37,616 bases of DNA from Candidatus Woesearchaeota archaeon. GTDB taxonomy: Archaea > Nanobdellota > Nanobdellia > Woesearchaeales > GCA-2687795. Every line of letters begins with the position of its first letter. Within the stretch, counting starts at the first letter, position 1. The stretch lies in assembly GCA_030753365.1 (NCBI GenBank), contig JASMCJ010000050.1, positions 1 to 37,616 on the forward strand. Reading direction: 5' to 3'. The translations under genes were made by a program, and so were the position numbers. Under the pieces are notes generated by a model. It was not told the origin of the DNA and ran no database searches. It worked only from the letters and a program-made list of their open reading frames with translations. Positions 1 to 8,770 of this stretch are shown here, in pieces.

Positions 1-168
1 ATATTTTTCCATAGGCTTACCGTTATATAATATTTCAAGTTTTTTAGAAGTAAGAGTCATTTCTATTCCTTTTAGGTCTATTTCATCAACCTTATCAAAA
101 TATTTCCTCATAGCCTTAGCTATCCATTTTGAGCTTACTGATCCAAGACTAATTAATGCTGCTTTCAT
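1..168 (-). CDS. RimK-family ATP-grasp ligase, N-terminal part (runs off window)
   Basis: Not in the ORF track. Manual translation from ATG 168 (alternative in-frame ATG 180) gives MKAALISLGSVSSKWIAKAMRKYFDKVDEIDLKGIEMTLTSKKLEILYNGKPMEKY, open to the window edge. It lies directly downstream of a RimK-associated protease-fold gene. Confidence 0.65.
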   Translation of the reverse strand, partial: MKAALISLGSVSSKWIAKAMRKYFDKVDEIDLKGIEMTLTSKKLEILYNGKPMEKY

Positions 169-187
169 TTTAAAAATCATCAATATT

Positions 188-535
188 CTATTTTGAAGGG
201 TCTATTAAAAAGTTCTTTTTCAGCATATTCTGCCCCACCAACACTCTATACTTCATATGAGACCTGTCTGCAATTGTAAATTCAGAGTCAAAGGTATCAT
301 TAGCCAATTTTATCTTAGCCTTAACAACAGGCCTAATAGTGCTTCCATGGGCAGATTTAACTAACCGCTTTCCAACAATCTCACTAAGGTTTAATTCTTT
401 TACTAACGCTTTATCAATACTGCTCTTTGTTGCACCAGTATCTATTCTTGCTTTAACTAATTTCTTCTTATTATCACCAAAAATAGTTACTTCTTCAACC
501 AACCCTATTATAGCCTTATTTTTAAATTCACCCAT
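188..535 (-). CDS. Retropepsin-like aspartyl protease fold protein (RimK-associated 'ATP-dependent Zn protease' family)
   Basis: IGLVEEV...ARIDTGATKSSID...RPVV...DRSHMKYRVLVGQN motifs with the DTG triad. Confidence 0.85.
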   Translation of the reverse strand: MGEFKNKAIIGLVEEVTIFGDNKKKLVKARIDTGATKSSIDKALVKELNLSEIVGKRLVKSAHGSTIRPVVKAKIKLANDTFDSEFTIADRSHMKYRVLVGQNMLKKNFLIDPSK

Positions 536-932
536 TTTTTTTCTTCAAACCACCTTCTTTTTTTAGTTTTTTAAAGCTCTGAATCAAATCAACCATATAT
601 TTTCCATCTTCCAGCTTGAACACTAAAGGTTCACCCTTAAACAAATGCAACAAATCAAGCTCATATTTACCTGACTTTATAACTTTTATAGCTTCTAAAT
701 CAAGAACAACAGGTGAATCATCATTATCTTCTCCAACCAGTTCCCTTACATCCTGTTCTATCTGTTTTTTATCTGTATCTGTTAACTCAGCTTCTTCTGT
801 TATCTTCTTTGCTTTATCAACATTAGACTTTTTAACATAAAAAAAGAACTTACCGCCACAAGGGCAGCCTTTAAGTATCTCTTCAGCTCCATCATCATAA
901 AAAGTGCTACAAACAACACATTGGTGTGGCAT
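528..932 (-). CDS. oapC: Origin-associated protein OapC (DUF2072 zinc ribbon)
   Basis: MPHQCVVC...ILKGCPCGGKFFFY, C-terminal GKYELDL...EDGKY; synteny with oapB/oapA. Confidence 0.88.
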   Translation of the reverse strand: MPHQCVVCSTFYDDGAEEILKGCPCGGKFFFYVKKSNVDKAKKITEEAELTDTDKKQIEQDVRELVGEDNDDSPVVLDLEAIKVIKSGKYELDLLHLFKGEPLVFKLEDGKYMVDLIQSFKKLKKEGGLKKKNG

Positions 933-935
933 AAT

Positions 936-1328
936 TTACCTCTTCCTTGCTCTCTTCTTATTAGATTCTTTAGTAAGCAATTCTATTTTATTAGGATTTT
1001 TCTTGATTTCTTTCACTATGGATGCAGGCCCTATGATGGTCATTCCATTCCTGTTCCCTAATAACATTTTAACAAAATTCTTCTTAAGCTTATTGATAAA
1101 AACATCGTCGCCTTTTTCATTCTCAAAAACGCCAAGTTCTATCCCTTTGAATTTATTGCTAATTTGCTGCATAGTAGCTTGTATAAGGTTAGCTTCTTCT
1201 TCTCGACTCAGCCTTCCTTCAAGCAGAACTATTTTATTCTCCTTTACCACTTCTAAAATTCTTTTAATTCTATCATCCGAATTAAGGTGTTCAATTTCCG
1301 AATAAGCCATAAATTGTAGAGTAAGCAT
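936..1328 (-). CDS. oapB: Origin-associated protein OapB (DUF2073)
   Basis: IVLLEGRLSREEEANLIQATM...FKGIE...GMTIIGPA signature; operon position. Confidence 0.88.
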   Translation of the reverse strand: MLTLQFMAYSEIEHLNSDDRIKRILEVVKENKIVLLEGRLSREEEANLIQATMQQISNKFKGIELGVFENEKGDDVFINKLKKNFVKMLLGNRNGMTIIGPASIVKEIKKNPNKIELLTKESNKKRARKR

Positions 1329-1369
1329 TTTTCAAGTTTATACCAATCAAACCTCCTTTTTTATGTCTA

Positions 1370-2002
1370 TTAGCTTGTTATTACAAACAATGCTTCATAA
1401 AACTTGTCAACATTTTTTCCGTATTTGGCTGAGATACCTATTACATCATACTGGGGAAATGCCGCTTCTATCTTCTTAATACTTGCCTTTTTTAAATCTA
1501 TCTTATTTGCAACTATCAGCACAGGTATGTTTCTTGCTTGAAGATTACCAACAATAGTTATATTTACCTGCGAATAAGGATCTTTTGTTCCATCAATAAC
1601 AATAATCACTGTATCCATATCATCCAACCATTTGATAGAGTCAATAACACCTTTAGTCGCTTCTTTAGCTCTTTTCTTCGCTTCACTCTGCTTTAAGCCA
1701 GCTTTGATAAAATCTTCATAATCAATTCTTGTGGCTATCCCTGGAGTATCAACAAGGTTAAATGACAGTTCTCTTCCTTTGTGCTTGATATTGATTTGCT
1801 CTTTTATCTGGATTTCTCTTGTTTCATGAGCAACATTAGACACGCTTCCCATGTCTTCTCCTAACCAATCCTGACATATTTTATTCGCAAGAGTGGTCTT
1901 TCCACTGTTAGGAGCTCCATATAATCCTAATTTAATATGCTTTTTATTCTTAAAAAGATTCTTAAGAATTTTATTGACAAACTGCTTTAAAAAACTTATC
2001 AT
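1370..2002 (-). CDS. oapA: Origin-associated Era-like GTPase OapA
   Basis: G1 GAPNSGKT, HETRE, G3 DTPG, G4 NKID, G5 SAK; EATKGV and DPYSQVN motifs. Start placed at ATG 2002, behind a GGGGA SD-like sequence. Confidence 0.88.
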   Translation of the reverse strand: MISFLKQFVNKILKNLFKNKKHIKLGLYGAPNSGKTTLANKICQDWLGEDMGSVSNVAHETREIQIKEQINIKHKGRELSFNLVDTPGIATRIDYEDFIKAGLKQSEAKKRAKEATKGVIDSIKWLDDMDTVIIVIDGTKDPYSQVNITIVGNLQARNIPVLIVANKIDLKKASIKKIEAAFPQYDVIGISAKYGKNVDKFYEALFVITS

Positions 2003-2080
2003 TCTTTTCCCCAAAAACAGTTTAAAGTATTTTGTTTAAATACTTTTCTATATTCCATAAGTATGTATTCAGGGAGATAT

Positions 2081-2304
2081 ATAGCAAACGCACTAAATAT
2101 TCGTACATCAAATATGCGTTTGCTATCATAGAAATTGTTATACAATTTCTAGGATCCTAAGAAAAACCAAAGGTTTTTCTGGGACACTGAGAAACTTCTT
2201 AGAGTTTCTGGTGTGCTCAGAAATGTTTTGCATTTCTGACAAACCAAAAAATATGCAAGACTGATTTTTCAGTTCACCAGAAATTCCTATAGAATTTCTG
2301 CGTG
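2081..2304. repeat. Array of palindromic hairpin modules (AGAAA...TTTCT, ~30-nt period) preceded by a 12-bp inverted repeat
   Basis: ATAGCAAACGCA/TGCGTTTGCTAT (2081-2092/2115-2126), then hairpins with AGAAA at 2130, 2160, 2190, 2219 and 2279, and a degenerate unit near 2246. Confidence 0.85.
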
Positions 2305-2413
2305 TGTTAGAAGAATTAAAAAATATTATGTTCTTAGTTCTTCCGCTATATTTATATAAAAATTAATAAATAACTGGTATATATCTATTATAAAACATAT
2401 ATAACAAACTAGA

Positions 2414-2959
2414 ATGACAGAATACAAGTATGAACTAAAAATTCCTAAGGAAAGAATTGCTGTATTAATCGGCAAGGAAGGCACTATTAAGAAAAAAATA
2501 GAGACTGCTACTTCCACAAAGATAGATATAGATTCAAAAGAGGGTGATATTTTCATTTCTGGCACTGACAGCATTAAACTTTATACAACACAAGAGATTA
2601 TTAAGGCTATTGGAAGGGGATTCAACCCAGAAGTAGCTCTTCTGCTCCTTAAAAGCGATTATGCTTTCGAACTTGTAAATATTAATGATTACATCAAAAG
2701 TGAAAAAAGCCTTACAAGATTAAAAGGGAGAGCTATAGGCAAAGAAGGCAAAAGCAGGAGGATTATAGAAGATCTTACTGACACCCATATTTCAGTTTAT
2801 GGCAAGACAGTAGGTATTATTGGAGAAGTAGGAAATGTTATGATTTCCAAAAAGGCTGTTGAATCCTTATTGAATGGCTCTAAGCACAGCAATGTTTATA
2901 GCTGGCTGGAGAAGCAAAAGAAGAGTATGAAAGAACTTGTTGAAGAGGATTTTAAGTAA
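2414..2959 (+). CDS. KH-domain small-subunit rRNA processing protein (Dim2/Pno1/KRR1 family)
   Basis: IPKERIAVLIGKEG, KAIGRGF, RLKGRAIGKEGKSR, HSNVY motifs. Confidence 0.92.
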   Translation: MTEYKYELKIPKERIAVLIGKEGTIKKKIETATSTKIDIDSKEGDIFISGTDSIKLYTTQEIIKAIGRGFNPEVALLLLKSDYAFELVNINDYIKSEKSLTRLKGRAIGKEGKSRRIIEDLTDTHISVYGKTVGIIGEVGNVMISKKAVESLLNGSKHSNVYSWLEKQKKSMKELVEEDFK

Positions 2960-2972
2960 GATAAAAACATCC

Positions 2973-3059
2973 AAAACGAAAATCCTTATAGATTTTCGGT
3001 CATTACAACTTGGACAGAAAGCCGTAGAATATTAAGCCCAAGTTGTAATAAAACGAAAA
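2973..3059. repeat. Two-hairpin intergenic cassette flanked by an AAAACGAAAA direct repeat
   Basis: CGAAAATC/GATTTTCG (2977-2998); ATTACAACTTGG/CCAAGTTGTAAT (3002-3013/3038-3049); direct repeat at 2973-2982 and 3050-3059. Confidence 0.7.
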
Positions 3060-3151
3060 CCTTAAAAAGGGTTTTCTACAATTCAATTTTTCTAAATAAG
3101 AAGAATAAACCTACGCATCAAAACTAACTACAAGATTAGAGACGATATAAC

Positions 3152-4930
3152 ATGGCAGAAGAACAAAATAAACTTAATCAACCAGACACCACAGAAGAGC
3201 CTATTGCTGTTGAACTTGCAAAAAAGCAGCGCGAAGTTTCTATCTCGCAGTTCTTTGAAAGGAACAGGCATCTATTAGGGTTTGATAACAAAAGAAAGGC
3301 CTTGATGACTACTATTAAGGAAGCTGTTGATAATAGCTTAGATGCTTGCGAAGAAGCAGATATCCTACCTGAGATATATGTAAATGTTGTTGATATGAAT
3401 AATGACAGGTTTAACATCACTATTGAAGATAACGGTCCAGGTATTGTAAAGAAACAAATACCTCACATTTTTGCAAGATTGCTTTATGGTTCTAAATTTT
3501 TTAAGCTTTCACAATCAAGAGGTCAGCAAGGTATAGGAATCTCAGCTTCTGTTATGTATGCGCAGTTGACTACAGGAAAGCCAGCTAAGATAACTTCTAA
3601 GATTGACAAGAAGCATCCAACGCATTATTATGAGCTTCACATAGACACCCAAAAGAATACTCCTGAGATTGTAAGAGAAGAGATAGTAGAAGAATGGAGT
3701 GACAAAGACCATGGAACTAAGATAGAGCTTGATTTAGAAGGCTCTTATCAAAAAGGCGACCAAAGTATTGACCAATATCTAAAGCAAACCGCTATTGCAA
3801 ATCCTCATATTACATTAATCTATCAACCTCCAAAAGGTGAACAGCTTATATTTGCTAGAGCAACTGACAAAATGCCTAGAAGACCTGTTGAAATTAAGCC
3901 TCATCCTTATGGGGTTGAACTTGGCAGATTATTCCAAATGGCTAAGCTTACAGAAGCAAAAACCTTGCAAAGTTTTCTTATGAAGGAGTTTTCAAGGGTT
4001 GGTTCAGGCACTGCAAAACAGATTTGCGAGAATGCAGCGCTTCTTCCTAAGACAAAGCCAAAAACAATGAGCAGAGAAATGGTTGAAAGCCTTATGAAAG
4101 GCATCAATGAGACTAGAATAATTTCTCCTCCTACTGATTGCATATCTCCTATAGGAAATGATTTGCTTGAAAAAAGCTTAAGGAAAGAAATAAATGCAGA
4201 GTTTTATACTGCTGCCGTAAGACCTCCTAGTGTATATAGAGGAAATCCCTTTATTGTAGAAGTTGCCTGCGCTTATGGCGGAGAACAGCCAGCTGATCAG
4301 TCCATGAAGATATACAGATTCGCAAACCGTGTACCTTTACTCTATCAACCTGGAGGCTGCGGAATAACAAAGAGTGTCATAGCAACTAACTGGCGCTCAT
4401 ATGGCTTGAGCCAAAGTTCTGGCGCTTTGCCTGTAGGACCTATTACTTTAGTTGTTCATTTAGCTTCTGTCTGGGTTCCTTATACCTCTGAGAGCAAGGA
4501 AGCTATTGCGCATTATCCTGAGATTATTAAAGAGATTAAGCTTGCCGTGCAGGAGTGCGGAAGAAAGCTTGCAATGTATATAAGGAAGAAGAGAAGAATT
4601 CAGGATGAGTCAAAGAAACGAGATTATATTCAGATTTATATTCCTCATATTGGAAGCGCTTTAAAAGAGATAATTGGATTGAAAGACAGCCAGGAAGAAA
4701 GAGTCAATAAGCTTTTGAAAAGCGTGCTTGAGAAGAAGAGAGGAGAACTTGAAGAGATTAAGGTTGACAATCCAGAATATGATGCAGAATGGGCAAAGAT
4801 AGGAAAGGAAAAGAAAGAAAGAGAGAAAGGAAAAGAGAAAAAAGAAGAAAAGGAAGGAAAAGACAAAAGTAATAAAGGAAAACAGGAAGGAAAAGAGAGA
4901 GAAAAGAAAGAAGATAAGAAAAAGAAATAA
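3152..4930 (+). CDS. top6B: DNA topoisomerase VI subunit B
   Basis: GHKL motifs KEAVDNSLDA, EDNGPG, SRGQQGIGIS; RFANRVPLLY; VPYTSESKEAIA; K/E-rich C-terminal tail. Confidence 0.97.
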   Translation: MAEEQNKLNQPDTTEEPIAVELAKKQREVSISQFFERNRHLLGFDNKRKALMTTIKEAVDNSLDACEEADILPEIYVNVVDMNNDRFNITIEDNGPGIVKKQIPHIFARLLYGSKFFKLSQSRGQQGIGISASVMYAQLTTGKPAKITSKIDKKHPTHYYELHIDTQKNTPEIVREEIVEEWSDKDHGTKIELDLEGSYQKGDQSIDQYLKQTAIANPHITLIYQPPKGEQLIFARATDKMPRRPVEIKPHPYGVELGRLFQMAKLTEAKTLQSFLMKEFSRVGSGTAKQICENAALLPKTKPKTMSREMVESLMKGINETRIISPPTDCISPIGNDLLEKSLRKEINAEFYTAAVRPPSVYRGNPFIVEVACAYGGEQPADQSMKIYRFANRVPLLYQPGGCGITKSVIATNWRSYGLSQSSGALPVGPITLVVHLASVWVPYTSESKEAIAHYPEIIKEIKLAVQECGRKLAMYIRKKRRIQDESKKRDYIQIYIPHIGSALKEIIGLKDSQEERVNKLLKSVLEKKRGELEEIKVDNPEYDAEWAKIGKEKKEREKGKEKKEEKEGKDKSNKGKQEGKEREKKEDKKKK

Positions 4931-4948
4931 TTCTAATAGTTCACAAAA

Positions 4949-5140
4949 ATGGAATGCAGAAAAGAATCTAATCTAGAAAATTGCAATTGTTCTTATCCAG
5001 GCTGCCCCAGAAAGGGAATCTGCTGCGAGTGTGTTACTCATCACAGAGAAAGGAAAGAACTGCCTGCATGTTTCTTTAGTGATGATGTTGAGAAAGGTTA
5101 TGATAGAAGTATTGAGAAGTTTGTTGAGGTTAATAGTTAA
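4949..5140 (+). CDS. Small Cys-rich protein (DUF6485-like)
   Basis: [21 protein letters not shown]...ELPACFF...YDRS pattern. Confidence 0.75.
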   Translation: MECRKESNLENCNCSYPGCPRKGICCECVTHHRERKELPACFFSDDVEKGYDRSIEKFVEVNS

Positions 5141-6066
5141 ACCTTCTTTATTTTCACAACAAAAAATCCTTCTGTATCATTATCCTGTGGCCAGATTCTT
5201 AAACACTTCTTTACTTCAGGATTATAAGTATTACCATCAAACTCCATCACAGGCTCACCTCTCTTTATATCAATCTCAATCTCTTCCAACTTTGCATCCC
5301 CACACTTGCTCAGAAAATAATCAATCACAGCTTCATCTTCCTCAGGTTCAAGTGAGCATGTAGAATACACCATTGTTCCACCTTTCTTAAGGCAAGAAAA
5401 TGCCTGACATATAAGCTGTTTTTGAGTTCCAGCCAACCTTCTTATCATGTTAGGGTTCCACATTCTCAAGGTTTTCAGGCTTTTCCTGATTGTGCCAGTG
5501 CCTGAGCAAGGAGCATCTACAAGGATTCTGTCAAACTTAATATCCTTGAACCATCTCCCTTCCATCAGGGTAATTATATTGTTCGTTATGCCGCATCTTT
5601 GAAGGTTTAATGACAAAGGCTTCATCCTTAATGTTTTGTAATCATTAGCTACAAAAACCCCTTTATTTTTCATCATTGCTGCTATCTGGCTTGCCTTTGA
5701 ACCAGGGGATGCGCACATATCCAACACTATCTCACCAGGTTTAGCTCCAAGAACAATAGGAGGTATCATTGAAACTGCCTCCTGAATATAGAAATAACCT
5801 AAAGAATGTTCTGGCAGGTTGCCTATATCCCTTCTTCCAGTTTTTATATTTTTTATCCAGAACCCTTCTTTGCACCAGGGTATTGGCACCAATTCCCATT
5901 CTTCTTCAAGCCTTTTCTTTAGCTCTTCAACACTCATTTTTAAAGTGTTTACTCTTATAGAACGCCTTAGATACATAAGAGAATATTTCTTAAAGCTCTC
6001 CCAGTCTGTAAGAGAAGAATACCTTTCCTTGAATTTTGGCTTAATTTCTATTTTGTCTGCTTCCAT
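5137..6066 (-). CDS. RsmB/NOP2/NSUN family RNA m5C methyltransferase
   Basis: [40 protein letters not shown] motifs with both catalytic Cys. Confidence 0.95.
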   Translation of the reverse strand: MEADKIEIKPKFKERYSSLTDWESFKKYSLMYLRRSIRVNTLKMSVEELKKRLEEEWELVPIPWCKEGFWIKNIKTGRRDIGNLPEHSLGYFYIQEAVSMIPPIVLGAKPGEIVLDMCASPGSKASQIAAMMKNKGVFVANDYKTLRMKPLSLNLQRCGITNNIITLMEGRWFKDIKFDRILVDAPCSGTGTIRKSLKTLRMWNPNMIRRLAGTQKQLICQAFSCLKKGGTMVYSTCSLEPEEDEAVIDYFLSKCGDAKLEEIEIDIKRGEPVMEFDGNTYNPEVKKCLRIWPQDNDTEGFFVVKIKKV

Positions 6067-6278
6067 TCAAAGAAAATGTATTTTAGGCTATATAAACTTA
6101 ATTATTGGATATAGGTTTAATAGTAGATTGTCCAATTTGGCTATACGTATTTTTGATGATTCATATAATTTAGTTTCAAGGCAGGATTTTAAAGATTTTA
6201 AGGCAGATATTTCTCTTTATGCTCCAATAGATACAGGTTTGTCTTCAAGGATTGGCCTTAAGGATTTTTATGAGTAAG

Positions 6279-6401
6279 TTATTCTATCTTATGCCCGCAG
6301 TTCAGGCAGACATGAGTCTTAAGCTTTTCATTATATTTGGTTGTTATTCCATACTCTATTTTATTCTTACATTCTGGACACTTTAACTCTAAGTAATCCA
6401 T
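6279..6401 (-). CDS. Zinc-finger microprotein (40 aa; 49 aa from alternative ATG 6428)
   Basis: Below the ORF-track cutoff: MDYLELKCPECKNKIEYGITTKYNEKLKTHVCLNCGHKIE* with CPxC and CxxCG knuckles. Confidence 0.75.
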   Translation of the reverse strand: MDYLELKCPECKNKIEYGITTKYNEKLKTHVCLNCGHKIE

Positions 6402-6494
6402 CGAATTAAAGAAATTAATAGCCCCCATTACCCCTAATATTAACTTCCTAGATAACTAAGTTTATAAATTTATCTATGCTCTAATAGCTATCTA

Positions 6495-7505
6495 ATGAAA
6501 CTAGCCCTTTATTTTGAAAAACTGAAAAATAAGCTTGTGCAGTGCCAGCTCTGTCCAAGATTTTGTAAGCTTAAGCCAGAGGATATTGGAGATTGCAGGG
6601 CAAGAGGTAATATAGATGGTAAATTGTTTTCTCTTGTTTATGGCAAGGCTGTGTCCAATAGTATTGACCCTATTGAGAAGAAGCCATTGTTTCATTTTCT
6701 ACCAGGCACTACTGCTTATAGTATTGGCACAACTGGCTGCAATCTTCATTGTGCACATTGCCAGAACTGGGAGACATCTCAAGGAGAAGTTGGAGAGTAC
6801 CCAGTCAAGGAGCTGCCTCCTGAGAAGGTTGTTGAAGAAGCTATCAATAATGACTGTAAGTCAATTGCCTTTACTTATAACGAGCCAACTATTTTCTATG
6901 AATATGCACTCGATACTGCAAAGCTCGCAAAGAAGAAAGGCCTGAAGTCTATTATTGTCTCAAACGGTTTTATCAATAAAGAGCCTTTAGAAAAATGGAG
7001 TAAATATATTGATGCCGCTAACATTGACCTTAAGGCTTTTGATGATAAGTTTTATAGAAAGATTACAACCGCATGGCTTGAGCCTATATTAGAAAACCTT
7101 AAGATTTTAAAGAAGAATAAGGTTTGGCTTGAGATTACTTATCTTATCATTCCTAAATTGAATGATGATTTTAAGGATATAGAGAAGATGTGTGAATGGA
7201 TTAAGGACAATTTAGGAACAAACATCCCTTTGCATTTTAATGCTTTTTATCCATGCTATAATCTTAAAGATATTCAGCCTACTCCTATTGAAACTCTTAT
7301 TAAGGCAAGAGAGATTGCCATACAAACAGGCTTGAATTTTGTTTATATAGGAAACATCAATGAAGATAATTTTCTGAATACTTACTGCCCCAAGTGTAAG
7401 AGTTCATTAATAGAAAGGAGCGCAGGTTATGGGGCTGAGATTAGAAATATTGAAAAAGGAAAGTGCGGAGAATGTGGAGAGAAGGTTGAAGGTATTTGGG
7501 AATAA
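6495..7505 (+). CDS. amrS: AmmeMemoRadiSam system radical SAM enzyme
   Basis: N-terminal CQLCPRFC, DPIEKKPLFHF, CxxxCxxC (CNLHCAHC), TYNEP, NIDLK, C-terminal CPKC/CGECG. Confidence 0.93.
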   Translation: MKLALYFEKLKNKLVQCQLCPRFCKLKPEDIGDCRARGNIDGKLFSLVYGKAVSNSIDPIEKKPLFHFLPGTTAYSIGTTGCNLHCAHCQNWETSQGEVGEYPVKELPPEKVVEEAINNDCKSIAFTYNEPTIFYEYALDTAKLAKKKGLKSIIVSNGFINKEPLEKWSKYIDAANIDLKAFDDKFYRKITTAWLEPILENLKILKKNKVWLEITYLIIPKLNDDFKDIEKMCEWIKDNLGTNIPLHFNAFYPCYNLKDIQPTPIETLIKAREIAIQTGLNFVYIGNINEDNFLNTYCPKCKSSLIERSAGYGAEIRNIEKGKCGECGEKVEGIWE

Positions 7506-7584
7506 ATTTAATAAATACTTGCGATAAGTTTTTAAAAAGATACATTCTACTTTATGATATTATTGTGATTAAAGGGGGTTGAAG

Positions 7585-8076
7585 ATGATTGGTCTTATAT
7601 CTGATACGCATGACAATGTGCCAAACATCATAAAAGCAGTGGAAATTTTCAAAGAAAAGGGTGTTGAATTTGTTCTGCACTTAGGAGATGTTGTCGCTCC
7701 TTCAAGCATTAGGTTCTTTAAAGGGCTTGATATGAGATTCATTAAGGGTAACTGTGACGGAGATGTAGAAACATTAAAAAAGAAAATTGATGAAATTAAT
7801 GGCAAGTTTTATAATGTGCTCAAAAAGTTGAAGCATAAAGATAAAGTTTTTATGCTGTTTCATGGCAAGCCTGAAGAAGAGCTTGACGAAATGATTAACA
7901 GGCAGGCTTACGATTATGTCATTCATGGGCATACTCATAGCAAAAGGGATGACAAGTTTGAAAACACAAGAGTTATCAATCCAGGTGCACACTACACTGC
8001 TCCTGACCAGAAAGAACACACAATAGCTATACTTGATGTTGAGAAAGACAAGCTGGAGTTTATTGAGATAACATGA
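7585..8076 (+). CDS. Metallophosphoesterase (YfcE/MJ0936 family)
   Basis: SDTHD, HLGD, GNCD, FHG, GHTH, INPG motifs; start could be TTG 7579 or ATG 7585. Confidence 0.92.
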   Translation: MIGLISDTHDNVPNIIKAVEIFKEKGVEFVLHLGDVVAPSSIRFFKGLDMRFIKGNCDGDVETLKKKIDEINGKFYNVLKKLKHKDKVFMLFHGKPEEELDEMINRQAYDYVIHGHTHSKRDDKFENTRVINPGAHYTAPDQKEHTIAILDVEKDKLEFIEIT

Positions 8077-8711
8077 TAAAAGGAATAATATTTGACTTTT
8101 GGGGAACTTTAGTGGAGAACGGAGTTTTTCCTTCTCCTGTAAGGCAGGTTAGATTTATGCTTAACCTTAGGATACCCTTTTCAGAGTTTATAGTAAAGTT
8201 TGAAGAGTCTTTTATGATGAGCGAGCCTGAAAGCCTTACTGAAGCGTTTACTAATGTTTGCAAAGTATTTAACATTGAGCCTAAGAAAGAAATTATTGAG
8301 AATCTTGTTGGCATGTGGAACAAGAACATGCTTTTGGCAAAGCCATATCCAGAAACAATAGAAACATTAGAAAGATTGAAGAAGGATTATAAGATTGGGT
8401 TGATATCTAATACAGACAAGTTCTCACTTGAGCCTTTGCTCGAAAAGTTTGGGCTTGACAAATATTTTGATTATACTGCTTTGTCTTATAAGATGACTAT
8501 GCTTAAAACAAATCCTAAGATGTTCGAAGATGTTTTGTCTAATCTTGGCATTAGCAAGGAAGAAGCTATCATGGTTGGGGATAGTATGGAGACTGATATT
8601 AAGGGAGCTATCAACGCAGGAGTAAAGCCAATCTTAATTGACAGAAGAAATGTGAGAACATATGAAAATAAGATTAGAGACCTTAAGGAGATTGATAAGT
8701 TCCTAAAGTAA
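8073..8711 (+). CDS. HAD-superfamily hydrolase
   Basis: IIFDFWGTL, ISNT, MVGDSMETDIKGA; ATGA overlap with the upstream gene. Confidence 0.92.
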   Translation: MIKGIIFDFWGTLVENGVFPSPVRQVRFMLNLRIPFSEFIVKFEESFMMSEPESLTEAFTNVCKVFNIEPKKEIIENLVGMWNKNMLLAKPYPETIETLERLKKDYKIGLISNTDKFSLEPLLEKFGLDKYFDYTALSYKMTMLKTNPKMFEDVLSNLGISKEEAIMVGDSMETDIKGAINAGVKPILIDRRNVRTYENKIRDLKEIDKFLK

Positions 8712-8770
8712 GACTTCTTATAAAATGAACAGATATCTTTATATATTTACAGTTTTATGAGCATTATTAT

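Noticed and set aside
339-1305. Plus-strand ORFs opposite the oap operon, and similar antisense ORFs throughout the window
   Set aside because: They overlap well-supported genes on the other strand and carry no motifs.
2129-2304. CRISPR array
   Set aside because: The units are not identical direct repeats, the linkers are only ~9-10 nt, and no cas genes are adjacent.
5819-6277. 152-aa plus-strand ORF
   Set aside because: About half of it is antisense to the methyltransferase gene. The free 3' part (~6128-6277) has no ATG or recognisable motif, though a small gene remnant cannot be excluded.
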